Of a stretch of 64,000 bases of DNA, positions 1-15,199 are shown in pieces (the first letter of the stretch is position 1; every line of letters begins with the position of its first letter). Origin of the DNA: the human T2T-CHM13v2.0 reference genome, Homo sapiens. Position numbers and translations under genes: made by a program. The stretch lies in the NCBI RefSeq assembly GCF_009914755.1, contig NC_060929.1. One strand, 5' to 3'. The notes beneath the pieces were generated by a model. It was not told the DNA's origin and did no database searches. It was given only the letters and a program-made list of their open reading frames with translations.

Positions 1-3000
1 TTGAATCCATTCCATTCCATTTCGTTCCATTCCATTCTATTCCGTACCACTCCACTCCTTTCCATTCCATTCCATTCCATGCCATTCCACTCGGGTTGAT
101 TCCATTCCACTCCATTCCATTCGGGTTGATTCCATTCCATTCCATTCCATTCCATTCAATTGCTCTCAGGTTGATTCCATTCCATTCCATTCCATTCCAT
201 TCCATTCCATTCCATTCGTTTCCATTCCATTCCACTCGTGTTGATTCCATTCCATTCCTTTCCATTCCATTCCATTCCCTTCCATTCCAGTCGTGTTGAT
301 TTCATTTCCATTCCACTCGATTACATTCCCTTCCATTCCACTCGGAATGATTCCATTCCATTCCATTCCCTTCCATTACATTCCATTCCAATCCATTCCA
401 TTCCATTCCATTCCACTCGATTTGATTCCTTTCCATTCCATTCCATTCCATTCCATTCCATTCCATTCCATTCCACTCCATTGCACTCAGGTTGATTCCA
501 TTCCTTTCCATTCCACTCTATTACATTCCCTTCCATTCCACTCGGAATGATTCCGTTCCATTCCATTCCATTCCATTGCATTCCATTCCAATCCATTCCA
601 TTCCATTCCATTCCACCCGAGTTGATTCCATTCCATTCCATTCCATTCCATTCCTTTCCATTCCATTCCATTCCATTCCATTCCATTCCATTCCATTCCA
701 TGCCATTCCATGCCATTCCACTCGGGTTGTTTCCATTCCATTCCATTCCTTTCCATTTCATTCTATTCCATTCCACAGGAGTTGATTCCATTCCGTTCCA
801 GTCCATTTCATTCCACTGCACTCCATTCGATTCCATTCCATTCCATTCCATTTGGGTAGTTTCCATTCCATTCCATTCCATTCCACTCCATTCCATTCCA
901 CACAGGTTCCCTCAATTCCATTCCATTCCATTCCTTTCCATTACAATCCAGTTGATTCCATTCCATAGAATTCCATTCCATTCCATTCCATTCCATTCCA
1001 CTCGGGTTCTTGCCATTCCATTACATTCCATTCCATTCTTTTCCATTCCAGTCCACTCGGGTTGATTCCTTTCCATTCCATTCCATTCCATTCCATTCCA
1101 TTCCAGTCCATTGCACTACGTTTGATTCCATTCCATTACTTTCAAATCCACTCCATTCAATTCCATTTCATTGCTTTACATTCAATTCCATTCGATTCCA
1201 TTCCACTCCACTCCACTCTGGTTGATTCCATTTCCTTCCATTCCATTCCATTCCCTTCCATTCCACTCGGGTTGATTCCATTTATTCCTTTCCATTCCAT
1301 TCCATTCCATTCCATTGCATTCCATTCCAATCCATTCCATTCCATTCCATTCCACTCGAGTTGATTCCATTCCATTTCATTCCATTCGATTACATTCCGT
1401 TCCGTTCCATTCCCTTCCATTCCATTCCATTCGGGTTTATTCTATTCAATTCCTTTACAATCTATTCCATTCCATTCCATTCCACACAATTCCATTCCAT
1501 TCCTTTCCACTCCTATTGGGTTGAATCCATTTCGTTCCACTTCTTTCCATTCCATTCTATTCCATACCATTCCATTCCATTCATTTCCTTACCATTCCAT
1601 GCCATTGTAATCGGGTTGATTCAATTTCATTCCATTCTATTCGGGTTGATTCCATTCCATTCCATTCCATTCCATTCCATTCCATTCCCATCCGCTCCGT
1701 TCCATTCCATCCCATTCATTCGGGTTGATTCTATTCAATTCCTTTACACTCCATTCCATTCCATTCCATTCCACACAATTCCATTCCATTCCATTCCATT
1801 TCATGTGGGTTCAATGCATTCTATTCCATTTCGTTCCATTCATTTCTATTCCGTAGTATTCCTTTCCATTACATTCTATTCCATTCCATGCCATTCTACT
1901 CGGGTTGATTCCATTCCATTCCATTCCATTCCCTTCCATTCCACTCGGGTTAATTCCATTCCATTCCTTTCCATTCCATTCCATTCCCTTCCATTCCACT
2001 CGGGTTGATTCCATTCCTTTCCATTCCACTCGATACCTTTCCCTTCGATTCCACTCGGAATGATTCCATTCCATTACATTCCATTGCATTCCATTCCATT
2101 CCATTCCATTCCTTTCCATTCCATTCCATTCAATTCGGGTTGATTCTATTCAATTCCTTTACACTCCATTCCATTCCATTCCATTCCACACAATTCCATT
2201 CCATTCCATACCATACCATTCCAATTGTGTTGAATCCATTCCATTCCATTTCGTTCCATTCCATTCTATTCTGTACCATTCCACTCCTCTCCATTCCATT
2301 CCATTCCATGCCATTCCACTCGGGTTGATTCCATTCCACTCGATTCCATTTGGGTTGATTCCATTCCATTCCATTCCATTCCATTCCATTCCATTGCTCT
2401 CGGGTTGATTCCATTCCATTCCATTCCATTCCATTCCATTCCATTCCATTCCATTCCGTTCCATTCCATTCTGTTCAATTCAGGTTGATTCAATTCAATT
2501 CCTTTACACTCCATTCCATTCCACACAATTCCATTCCATTCTATACCATACCATTCCAATTGTGTTGAATCCATTCCATTCCATTTCATTCCATTCCATT
2601 CTATTCTATTCCGTACCATTCCACTCCTTTCCATTCCATTCCATTCCATGCCATTCCACTCGGGTTGATTCCATTCCACTCCATTCCATTCGGGTTGATT
2701 CCATTCGATTCGATTCCATTCCATTCCATTCCTCTCGGGTTGATTCCATTCCATTCCATTCCATTCCATTCCATTCCATTCCATTTGTTTCCATTCCATT
2801 CCACTCGTGTTTCTTCCATTCCATTCCTTTCCATTCCATTCCATTCCCTTCCATTCCAGTCGTGTTGATTTCATTTCCATTCCACTCGATTACATTTCCT
2901 TCCACTCCACTCGGAATGATTCCATTCCATTCCATTCCCTTCCATTCCCTTCCATTGCATTCCATTCCAATCCATTCCATTCCATTCCATTCCACTCGAT

Positions 3001-6000
3001 TTGATTCCATTCCATTCCATTCCATTCCATTCCATTCCATTCCGTTCCATTCCATTCCTTTCAATTCGGGTTGATTCTATTCAATTCCTTTACACTCCAT
3101 TCCATTCTATTCAATTCCACACAATTCCATTCCTTTCCATTCCATTCCATTCCATTCCATTCCATTCCATTCCATTCCATTCTGGTAGACTCCATTCCAT
3201 TCCATTCCATTGCATTCCATTCCATTCCATTCTGGTAGATTCCATTCCATTCCATTCCATTCCATTCCATTCCATTCCATTCCATTGCATTCCATTCCAC
3301 TCTGTTTGATTCAGTTCCATTCCATTCCCTTCCATTCCATTCCATTCCATTCCATTCCTTCACATTCCATTCCATTCCATTCGGGTTGATTCTTTTCAAT
3401 TCCTTTACACTCTATTCCATTCCATTCCATTCCACACAATTCCATTCCATTCCATTCCACTCCAATTCGGTTGAATCCATTTCATTCCATTTCGTTCCAT
3501 TCCATTCTATTCCGTACCATTCCATTCCTTTCATTTCCTTACCATTCCATGCCATTCCAATCGGGTTGATTCCATTTCATTCCTTTCTATTCGGGTTGAT
3601 TCCATTCCATTCCATTCCATTCCAATCCATTCCATTCCATTCCATTCCATTCCCATCCGCTCCGTTCCATTCCATCCCATTGCATTCGGGTTGATTCTAT
3701 TCAATTCCTTTACACTCCATTCCATTCCCTTCCATTCCACACAATTCCATTCCATTCCATTCCATTCCAAGTGGGTTGAATGCATTCTATTCCATTTCGT
3801 TCCATTCATTTCTATTCTGTACCATTCCATTCCATTCCATTCTATTCCATTCCATGCCATTCTACTCGGGCTGATTCCATTCCATTCCATTCCATTCCAT
3901 TCCATTCCATTCCATTCCATTCCATTCCATTCGTGTTGATTCCATTCCATTCCTTTCCATTCCATTCCATTCCCTTCCATTCCACTCGGGTTGATTCCAT
4001 TCCTTTCCATTCCACTCGATGAATTTCCCTTCTATTCCACTCCGAATGATTCCATTCCATTCCATTGCATTCCATTCCAATCCATTCCATACCATTCCAT
4101 TCCACTCGAGATGATTCCATTCCATTCCATTCCATTGCATTCCATTCCATTCCATTCCATTCCATTCGGGTTGATTCTATTCAATTCTTTACAATCCATT
4201 CCATTCCATTCCATTCCACACAATTCCATTGCATTCCATTCCATTCCATCCCAATTGGGTTGAATCCATTCTATTCCATTTCATTCCATTCTATCCATAC
4301 CATTCCATTCCATTCCATTGATTCTGTTCCATTCCATTCCATTCGGGTTGATTCTATTCAATTCCTTTACACTCCATTACATTCCATTCCGTTCCACACA
4401 ATTCAATTCCATTCGATTCCATTCCAATTGGGTTGAATCCATTCCGTTCCATTTCGTTCCATTCCATTCTATTGCGTACCATTCCATTCCATTCCATTCC
4501 TTTCCATTCCATGCCATTCCAATCGGGTTGATTCAATTTATTCCATTCTGTTCGGGTTGATTCCATTCCATTCCATTCCATTCCATTCCATTCCATTCCA
4601 TTCCATTGCACTGGAGTTGATTCCATTCCATTGCATTCCATTCCATTCCATTGCATTCCATTCCATTCCTTTCCATTCCATTCCAATCGGGTTGATTCCG
4701 TTCTATTCTTTTCCATTCCATTCCATTCCCTTCCATTCCACTCGGGTTGATTCCATTCCTTTCCATTCCACTCGAAAACATTCCCTTTTATTCCACTCGG
4801 AATGATTCCACTCCATTCCATTCCATTCCATTGAATTTCGTTCCATTCCATTCTATTCCGTACCATTCCATTCCATTCCATTCCATTCCATTCCATGCCA
4901 TTCCACTCGGGTTGATTCCATTCCTTTCCATTACATTCGTGTTAAATCCATTCCATTCCATTCCATTCCATTCCATTCCATTCCATTCGATTCCATTCCA
5001 TTGCGCTTGGGTTGATTACATTCCATTCCATTCCATTCCACTCCATTCCATTCCATTCCACTCCATTCCATTAGGGTGATTCCATTCCATTCCATTCCAT
5101 TCCATTCCATTCCATTCCATTCCATTCCATTCCACTCTGTTTGATTGAGTTCCATTCCATTCGATTCCATGCGATTTGATTCCATTCCATTCTATTCCGT
5201 TTCATTCCATTCCACGCCATACGATTCCATTCCATTCCATTCGGGTACATTCCACTCCATTTCATTCCATTCCATTCCATTCCTTTCTGGTAGATTCCAT
5301 TCCATTGCATTCCATTCCATTCCATTCCATTGCACTCGCGTTGATTCCATTCCTTTCCATTCCACTCGATTACATTCACTTCCATTCCACTCAGAATGAT
5401 TCCATTCCATTCCATTCCATTCCATTGCATTCCATTCCATTCCATTCCATTCCGTTCCATTCCATTCCATTCAATTCGGGTTGATTCTATTCAATTCTTT
5501 TACACTCCATTCCATTTCATTCCATTCCACACAATTTCATTCCATTCCATACCATACCATTCCAATTGTGTTGAATCCATTCCATTCCATTTCGTTCCAT
5601 TCCATTCTATTCCGTACCATTCCACTCCTTTCCATTCCATTCCATTCCATGCCATTCCACTCGGGTTGATTCCGTTCCACTCCATTCCATTCGGGTTGAT
5701 TCCATTCCATTCCATTCCATTCCATTCCATTCCATTCCATTCCATTCCATTCCATTGCTCTCGGGTTGATTCCATTCCATTCGATTCCATTCCATTCCAT
5801 TCCATTCCATTCCATTCCATTCCATTCCATTCGTTTCCATTCCATTCCACTCGTGTTGATTCCATCCCATTCCTTTCCATTCCATTCCATTCCCTTCCAT
5901 TCCACTCGTGTTGATACCATTTCCATTCCACTCGATTACATTGCCTTCCATTCCACTCGGAATGATTCCATTCCATTCCATTCCCTTCCATTCCCTTCCA

Positions 6001-7084
6001 TTGCATTCCATTCCAATCCATTCTATTCCACTCCATTCCACTCGATTTGATTCCATTCCATTGCATTCCATTCCATTCCATTCCATTCCATTCCGTTCCA
6101 TTCCATTCCATTCCATTCGGGTTGATTCTATTCAATTCCTTTACACTCCATTCCATTCTATTCAATTCCACACAATTCCATTCCATTCCATTCCATTCCA
6201 ATCGGGTTGAGTCCATTCCATTCCACTCCATTCCACACAATTCCATTCCATTCCATTCCAATCGGGTTGAATCCATTCCATTCCATTCCATTCCATTCCA
6301 TTCCATTCCATTGCATTGCACTGGGGTTGATTCCATTCCTTTCCATTCCACTCGATTACATTCACTTCCATTCCACTCGGAATGATTCCATTCCATTCCA
6401 TTCCATTCCATTGCATTCCATTCCAATCCATTAAATTCCATTCCATTCCACCCGAGTTGATTCCATTCCATTCCATTCCATTCCATTCCATTCCATTCCA
6501 TTCCATTCTGTTACATTCCATTCCATTCAATTCGGGTTGATTCTATTCAATTCCTTTACACTCCATTCCATTCCATTCCATTCCACACAATTCCATTCCA
6601 TTCCATACCATACCATTCCAATTGGGTTGAATCCATTCCATTCCATTTCGTTCCATTCCAATCTATTCCGTACCATTCCACTCCTTTCCATTCCATTCCA
6701 TTCCATGCAATTCCACTCGGGTTGATTCCATTCCACTCCATTCCATTCGGGTTGATTCCATTCCATTCAATTCCATTCCATTCCATTCCATTGCTCTCGG
6801 GTTGATTCGATTCCATTCTATTACACTCCATTCCATTCCATTCCATTCTATTTGTTTCCATTCCATTCCACTCGTGTTGATTACATTCCACTCCTTTCCA
6901 TTCCATTCCCTTCCATTCCACTCGGGTTGATTCTATTCCTTTCCATTCCACTCGATTACATTCCCTTCCATTCCACTCGGAATGATTTCATTCCATTCCA
7001 TTCCATTCCACTTCATTCCATTCCATTCCACTCCATTCCATTCGGGTGATTCCATTCCATTCCATTCCATTCCATTCCATTCCA

Positions 7085-9900
7085 TTCCACTCTGTTCGAT
7101 TCAGTTCCATTCCATTCGATTCCATGCGATTTGATTCCATTCCATTCTATTCCGTCTCATTCCATTCCACGCCATACGATTCCATTCCATTCCATTCCAT
7201 TCGGGTACATTCCACTCCATTCCATTCCATTCCATTCCATTCCTTTCTGGTAGATTCCATTCCATTCCATTCCATTCCATTCCATTCCATTCCATTCCAT
7301 TCCATTGCACTCGAGTTGATTCCATTCCATTCCATTACATTCCATTGCATTTGATTCCATTCCACTCCATTCCATTCGGGATGATTCCATTCCATTCCAT
7401 TCAATTCCATTCCACTCGGGTTGATTGCATTCCATTCCTTTCCATTCCATTCCATTCCCTTCCATTCCACTCCATTCCCTTCCATTCCACTCGGGTTGAT
7501 TCCATTCCTGTCCATTTCACTCGATTACATTCCCTTCCATTCAACTCGGAATTATTCCAATCCATTCCATTGCATTCCATTCCAATCAATTCCACTCCAT
7601 TCCATTCCACTCGCGTTGACTCCATTCCATTCCGTTCCATTCCATTCCATTCCATTCCTTTCCATTACATTCCACTCGGGTTGATTCCATTCTATTATTT
7701 TCCATTCCATTCCATTCCCTTCCATTCCACTCGGTTTGATTCCATTCCTTTCCATTCCACTCGAAAACATTCCCTTTTATTCCACTCGGAATGATTCCAC
7801 TCCATTCCATTCCATTCCATTCAATTTCGTTCCATTCCATTCTATTCCGTACCATTCCATTCCATTCCATTCCATGGCATTCCATTCCATTCCATTCCAT
7901 TCCATGCCATTACACTCGGGTTGATTCCATGCCTTTCCATAACATTCGGGTTGAATCCTTTCCATTCCATTCCATTCCATTCGATTCCATTCCATTGCAC
8001 TCGGTTTGATTCCATTCCATTCCATTCCATTCCACTCCATTCCATTCCATTCCACTCCATTCCATTCCATTCCACTCCATTCCATTCCATTCCACTCCAT
8101 TCCATTTGGGATGATTCCATTCCATTCCATTCCATTCCATTCCATTCAATTCCACTCTGTTTGATTCAGTTCCATTCCATTCCATTCCATGCGATTTGAT
8201 TCCATTCCATTCTATTCCGTTTCATTCCATTCCACGCCATACGATTCCATTCCATTCCATTCCATTCGTGTACATTCCACTCCATTCCATTCCATTCCAT
8301 TCCTTACTGTTAGATTCCATTCCATTCCATTCCATTCCATTCCGTTCCATTCCATTGCACTCGGGTCGATTCCATTCCTTTCCATTCCACTCGAAAACAT
8401 TCCCTTTTATTCCACTCGGAATGATTCCACTCCATTCCATTCCATTCCATTCCACTCTGTTTGATTCAGTTCCATTCCATTCGATTCCATGCGATTTCAT
8501 TCCATTCCATTCTATTCCGTTTCATTCCATTCCACGCCATACGATTCCATTCCATTCCATTCCATTCGGGTACATTCCACTCCATTTCAATCCATTCCAT
8601 TCCATTCCTTTCTGGTAGATTCCATTCCATTCCATTCCATTCCATTCCATTCCATTCCATTGCACTCGAGTTGATTCCATTCCATTTCATTACATTCCAT
8701 TGCATTTGATTCCATTCCACTCCATTCCATTCGGGATGATTCCATTCCATTCCATTCAATTCCATTCCACTCGGGTTGATTGCATTCCATTCCTTTCCAT
8801 TCCATTCCATTCCCTTCCATTCCACTCCATTCCATTCGGGATGATTCCATTCCATTCCATTCAATTCCATTCCACTCGGGTTGATTGCATTCCATTCCTT
8901 TCCATTCCATTCCATTCCCTTCCATTCCACTCCATTCCCTTCCATTCCACTCGGGTTGATTCCATTCCTGTCCATTTCACGCGATTACATTCCCTTCCAT
9001 TGAACTCGGAATGATTCCATTCCATTCCATTGCATTCCATTCCAATCCATTCCACTCCATTCCATTCCACTCGCGTTGATTCCATTCCATTACGTTCCAT
9101 TCCATTCCATTCCATTCCTTTCCATTCCATTCCACTCGGGTTGATTCCATTCTATTCTTTCCCATTCCATTCCATTCCCTTCCATTCCACTCGGTTTGAT
9201 TCCATTCCTTTCCATTCCACTCGAAAACATTCCCTTTTATTCCACTCGGAATGATTCCACTCCATTCCATTCCATTCCATTCAATTTCGTTCTATTCCAT
9301 TCTATTCCATACCATTCCATTCCATTCCATTCCATTGCATTCCATTCCATTCCATTCCATTCCATGCCATTCCACTCGGGTTGATTCCATGCCTTTCCAT
9401 TACCTTCGGTTTGAATCCTTTCCATTCCATTCCATTCCATTCGATTTCATTCCATTCCATTGCACTCGGTTTGATTCCATTCCATTCCATTCCATTCCAC
9501 TCCATTCCATTCCTTTCCACTCCATTCCATTCCATTCCACTCCATTCCATTTGGGATGATTCCATTCCATTCCATTCCATTCCATTCCATTCCATTCCAT
9601 TCCACTCTGTTTGATTCAGTTCCATTCCATTCCATTCCATGCGATTTGATTCCATTACATTCTATTCCGTTTCATTCCATTCCACGCCATACGATTCCAT
9701 TCCATTCCATTCCATTCGTGTACATTCCACTCCATTCCATTCCATTCCATTCCTTACTGGTAGATTCCATTCCATTCCATACCATTCCATTCCATTCCAT
9801 TCCATTCCATTGCACTCGGGTCGATTCCATTCCTTTCCATTCCACTCGAAAACATTCCCTTTTATTCCACTCGGAATGATTCCACTCCATTCCATTCCAT
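7085..9900 (+). repeat. Tandem duplication of a ~1.36-1.46 kb satellite unit (about 7085-8450 and 8455-9900)
   Basis: Shared rare variants: TGCATTTGATTCC (7346/8701), CCTGTCCATTTCAC (7507/8967), GATTCCATGCCTTTCC (7923/9383), TTCGTGTACATTCC, CCTTACTG and GGGTCGATTCC. ORF-track pairs at offsets 1355, 1450 and 1460. Confidence 0.85.
8716..8933 (+). repeat. Exact 105-bp tandem duplication
   Basis: TCGGGATGAT...TCAATTCC...GGTTGATTGCATTCC...CCCTTCC occurs at 8731 and 8836. The paralogue at ~7360-7480 has only one copy. Confidence 0.9.
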
Positions 9901-10120
9901 TCCATTCCATTCCATTCCATTCCATTCCATTCCATTCCATTGCACTCGGGTCGATTCCATTCCTTTCCATTCCACTCGAAACCATTCCCTTTTATTCCAC
10001 TCGGAATGATTCCACTCCATTCCATTCCATTCCATTCCATTCCATTCCATTGCACTCTGGTCGATTCCATTCCTTTCCATTCCACTCGCTTACATTCACT
10101 TCCATTCCACTCGGAATGAT
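9805..10120 (+). repeat. Three tandem ~110-130 bp units carrying the GGTCGATTCC decamer variant
   Basis: TGCACTC(G/T)GGTCGATTCCATTCCTTTCCATTCCACTCG at 9811, 9941 and 10051. Confidence 0.8.
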
Positions 10121-12846
10121 TCCATTCCATTCCATTCCATTCCATTGCATTCCATTCCAATCCATTCCATTCCATTCCTTTCCATTCCATTCCATTCCAC
10201 TCCATTCCGTTCCATTCCATTCCATTCAATTCGGGTTGATTCTATTCAATTCCTTTACACTCCATTCCATTCCACACAATTCCATTCCATTCCATGCCAT
10301 ACCATTCCAATTGTGTTGAATCCATTCCATTACATTTCGTTCCATTCCATTCTATTCCGTACCATTCCACTCCTTTCCATTCCATTCCATTCCATGCCAT
10401 TCCACTCGGGTTGATTCCATTCCATTCCATTGCATTCCATTCCATTCCATTCCATTGCTCTCGGGATGATTCCATTCCATTCCATTCCATTCCATTCCAT
10501 TCCATTCCATTCCATTCGTTTCCATTCCACTCCACTCGTGTTGATTCCATTCCATTCCTTTCCATTCCATTCCATTCCCTTCCATTCCAATCGTGTTGAT
10601 TCCATTTCCATTCCACTCGATTACATTCCCTTCCATTCCACTCGGAATGATTCCATTCCATTCCATTCCCTTCCATTCCCTTCCGTTGCATTCCATTCAA
10701 ATCCATTCCATTCCATTCAATTCCACTCGATTTGATTCCATTCCATTCCATTCCATTCCATTCGGGTGGATTCTATTCAATTCCTTTACACTCTATTCCA
10801 TTCTATTCAATTCCACACAATTCCATTCCATTCCATTCCTTTCCATTCCATTCCATTCTGGTAGATTCCATTCCATTCCATTCCATTCCATTCCATTCCA
10901 TTCCATTGCACTCGGGTTGATTCCATTCCTTTCCATTTCACTCGATTACATTCACTTCCATTCCACTCGGAATGATTCCATTCCATTCCATTCCATTCCA
11001 TTCCATTGCATTCCATTCCAATCCATTCCTTTCCATTCCATTCCACCCGAGTTGATTCCATTCTATTCCATTCCATTCCATTCCATTCCATTCCATTCCG
11101 TTCCATTCCATTCCATTCAATTCGGGTTGATTCTATTCAATTCCTTTAAACTCCATTCCATTCCATTCCATTCCACACAATTCCATTCCATTCCATACCA
11201 TACCATTCCAATTGGGTTGAATCCATTCCATTCCATTTCATTCCATTCCATTCTATTCCGTACCATTCCACTCCTTTGCATTCCATTCCATTCCATGCCA
11301 TTCCACTCGGGTTGATTCCATTCCACTCCTTTCCTTTCAGATTGATTCCATTCCATTCCATTCCATTCCATTCCATTCCATTCCATTCGTTTCCACTCCA
11401 TTCCACTCGTGTTGATTCCATTCCATTCCTTTCCATTCCATTCCATTCCCTTACATTCCACTCGTGTTGATTCCATTTCCATTCCACTCGATTACATTCC
11501 CTTCCATTACACTCGGAATGATTCCATTCCATTCCATTCCCTTCCATTCCCTTCCATTGCATTCCATTCCAATCCATTCCATTCCATTCCATTCCACTCA
11601 AGTTGATTCCATTCCATTCCATTCCATTCCATTCCATTCCATTCCATTCCGTTCCATTCCATTCCATTCGGGTTGATTCTATTCAATTCCTTTACACTCC
11701 ATTCCATTCTATTCAATTCCACACAATTCCATTCCCTTGCATTCCATTCCATTCCATTCCAATCGTGTTGAATCCATTCCATTCCATTTCGTTCCATTCC
11801 ATTCTATTCCGTACCATTCCATTCCATTCCATTCCTTTCCATTCCATGCCATTCCACTCGGGTTGATTCCATTTCATTCCTTTCTATTCGGGTTGATTCC
11901 ATTCCATTCCATTCCATTCCGTTCCATTCCATTCCATTCCATTCCATTCCATTCCATTCCATTCCATTCCATTCCATTGCACTCGTGTTGATTCCATTCC
12001 ATTCCATTCCATTGCATTCCATTCCTTTTCATTTCATTCCTCTCGGGTTGATTCCATTCTATTCCTTTCCATTCCATTCCATTCCCTTATATTCCACTCG
12101 GGTTGATTCCATTCCTTTCCATTCCACTCGAATGCATTCCCTTCTATTCCAGTCGGAATGATTCCTTTCCATTCCAATCCATTTCGTTCCATTCCATTTT
12201 ATTCCGTACCATTCCATTCCATTCCATTCCATTCCATTTCCTTCCATTCCATTCTATTCCGTACCATTCCATTCCATTCCACTCCATTGCATTCCATTCC
12301 ATTCCATGCCATTCCACTTGGGTTGATTCCATTCCTTTCCACTCCATTCGCGTTGAATCCATTCGATTCCACTCCATTTCATTCCATTCCATTCCATTGC
12401 ACTCGGGTTGATTCCATTCAATTCCATCCCATTCCATTCCAATCCATTCCATTCCAATCCTCTCCATTCCATTCGGGGTGATTGCATTCCATTGCATTCC
12501 ATTCCATTACACTCTGTGTGATTCAGTTCCATTCCATTCCATTCCACGCGATTTGATTCCATTCCTTTCTATTCCGTTTCATTCCATTCCACGCCATACG
12601 ATTCCATTGCATTCCATCCCATTCGGGTACATTCCATTCCATTGCATTCAATTCCATTCCATTCCATTCCACTGCACTCGAGTTGATTCCACTCCATTCC
12701 ATTATATTCCATTCCATTTCATTCCATTCCACTCCATTCCATTCGGGATGATTCCATTCCATTCCATTCCATTCCATTCCACTCGGGTTGATTGCATTCC
12801 ATTCCTTTCCATTCCATTCCATTCCATTCCCTTCCATTCCACTCGG

Positions 12847-13095
12847 GTTGATTCCATTCCTGTCCAATTCACTCGATTACATTCCCTTCCATTCAACTCG
12901 GAATGATTCCATTCCATTCCATTGCATTCCATTCCAATCCATTCCATTCCATTCCATTGCACTCGCGTTGATTCCATTCCTGTCCAATTCACTCGATTAC
13001 ATTCCCTTCCATTCAACTCAGAATGATTCCATTCCATTCCATTGCATTCCATTCCAATCCATTCCATTCCATTCCATTGCACTCGCGTTGATTCC
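12847..13095 (+). repeat. 120-bp tandem duplication
   Basis: ATTCCATTCCTGTCCAATTCACTCGATTAC...ACTCGCGTTG at 12851 and 12971. One difference seen (ACTCGGAATG vs ACTCAGAATG). Confidence 0.92.
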
Positions 13096-15199
13096 ATTCC
13101 ATTCCATTCCATTCCATTCCATTCCATTCCATTCCATTCAATTCGGGTTGATTGTATTCAATTTCTTTACACTCCATTCCATTCCATTCCATTCCACACA
13201 ATTCCATTCCATTCCATACCATACCATTCCAATTGTGTTGAATCCATTCCATTCCATTTCGTTCCATTCCATTCTATTCCGTACCATTCCACTCCTTTCC
13301 ATTCCATTCCATTCCATGCCATTCCACTCGGGTTGATTCCATTCCACTCCATTCCATTCGGTTTGATTCCATTCCATTCCATTCCATTCCATTCCATTCC
13401 ATTCCATTCCATTCCATTCCATTCCATTGCTCTCAGGTTGATTCCATTCCAATCCATTCCATTCCATTCCATTCCATTCCATTCCATTCGTTTCCATTCC
13501 ATTCCACTCGTGTTGATTCCATTCCATTCCTTTCCATTCCATTCCATTCCCTTCCATTCCACTCGTGTTGATACCATTTCCATTCCACTCGATTACATTG
13601 CCTTCCATTCCACTCGGAATGATTCCATTCCATTCCATTCCCTTCCATTCCCTTCCATTGCATTCCATTCCAATCCATTCCATTCCATTCCATTCCACTC
13701 GATTTGATTCCATTCCATTCCTTTCCATTCCATTCCATTCCGTTCCATTCCATTCCATTCCATTCGGGTTGATTCTTTTCAATTCCTTTACGCTCCATCC
13801 CATTCTATTCAATTCCACACAATTCCTTTCCATTCCTTTCCATTCCATTCGGGTTGAAACCATTCCATTCCATTCCATTCCACTCCATTCCATTCCATCC
13901 CATTCCATTCCATTGCATTCGGGTTGATTCCATTCCGTTCCATTCCATTCCATTGCATTCCATTCCAATCCATTCCATTCCATTCCATTCCAGCCGAGTT
14001 GATCCCATTCCATTCCATTCCATTCCATTCATTCCATTCCATTCCATTCCATTCCGTTGCATTCCATTCCATTCAATTCGGGGTGATTCTATTCAATTCC
14101 TTTACACTCCATTCCATTCCATTCCATTCCACACAATTCCATTCCATTCCATACCATACCATTCCAATTGGGTTGAATCCATTCCATTCCATTTCGTTCC
14201 ATTCCATTCTATTCCGTACCATTCCACTCCTTTCCATTCCATTCCATTCTATGCCATTCCACTCTGGTTGATTCCATACCACTCCATTCCATTCGGGTTG
14301 ATTCCATTCCATTCGATTCCATTCCAGTCCATTCCATTGCTCTCGGGTTGATTCCATTCCATTCCAGTCGTGTTGATTCCATTTCCATTCCACTGGATTA
14401 CATTCCCTTCCATTCCACTCGGAATGATTCCATTCCATTCCATTCCCTTCCATTCCCTTCCATTGCATTCCATTCCAATCCATTCCATTCCATTCCATTC
14501 CACTCGAGTTGATTGCATTCCATTCCATTCCATTCCATTCCTTTCCATTCCATTACATTCCATTCGGGTTGATTCTATTCAATTCCTTTACACTCCATTC
14601 CATTCTATTCAATTCCACACAATTCCATTCCATTCCATTCCATTCCAATCGGGTTGAATACGTTCCATTCCATTTCGTTCCATTCCATTCTATTCCGTAC
14701 CATTCCATTCCATTCCATTCCTTTCCATTCCATGCCATTCCACTCGGGTTGATTCCATTTCATTCCATTTTATTCGGGTTGATTCCATTCCATTCCATTC
14801 CATTCCATTCCATTCCATTCCATTGCACTTGGGTTGATTCCATTTCATTCCATTCCATTCCATTCGTTTCCATTCCATTGCATTCCATTCCATTCCATTC
14901 CTTCCCATTCCATTCCACTTGAGTTGTTTCCATTCTATTCTTTTCCATTCCATTCCATTCCCTTCCATTCCACTAGGGGTGATTCCATTCCTTTCCATTC
15001 CACTCGAATACATTCCCTTCTATTCAACTCAGAATGATTCCTTTCCATTCCATTCCATTCCATTCCATTCCATTCCATTCCATTCCATTCCATTTCGTTC
15101 CATTCCATTCTATTCCGTACCATTCCCTTCCATTCCATTCCTTTCCATTCCATGCCATTCCACTCGGGTTGATTCCATTTCATTCCATTCTATTCGGGT

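Noticed and set aside
340-356. Canonical heat-shock element at GGAATGATTCC
   Set aside because: The GAA-TTC spacing is 3 nt rather than 2, and no three alternating nGAAn units are evident, so it cannot be called an HSE from sequence.
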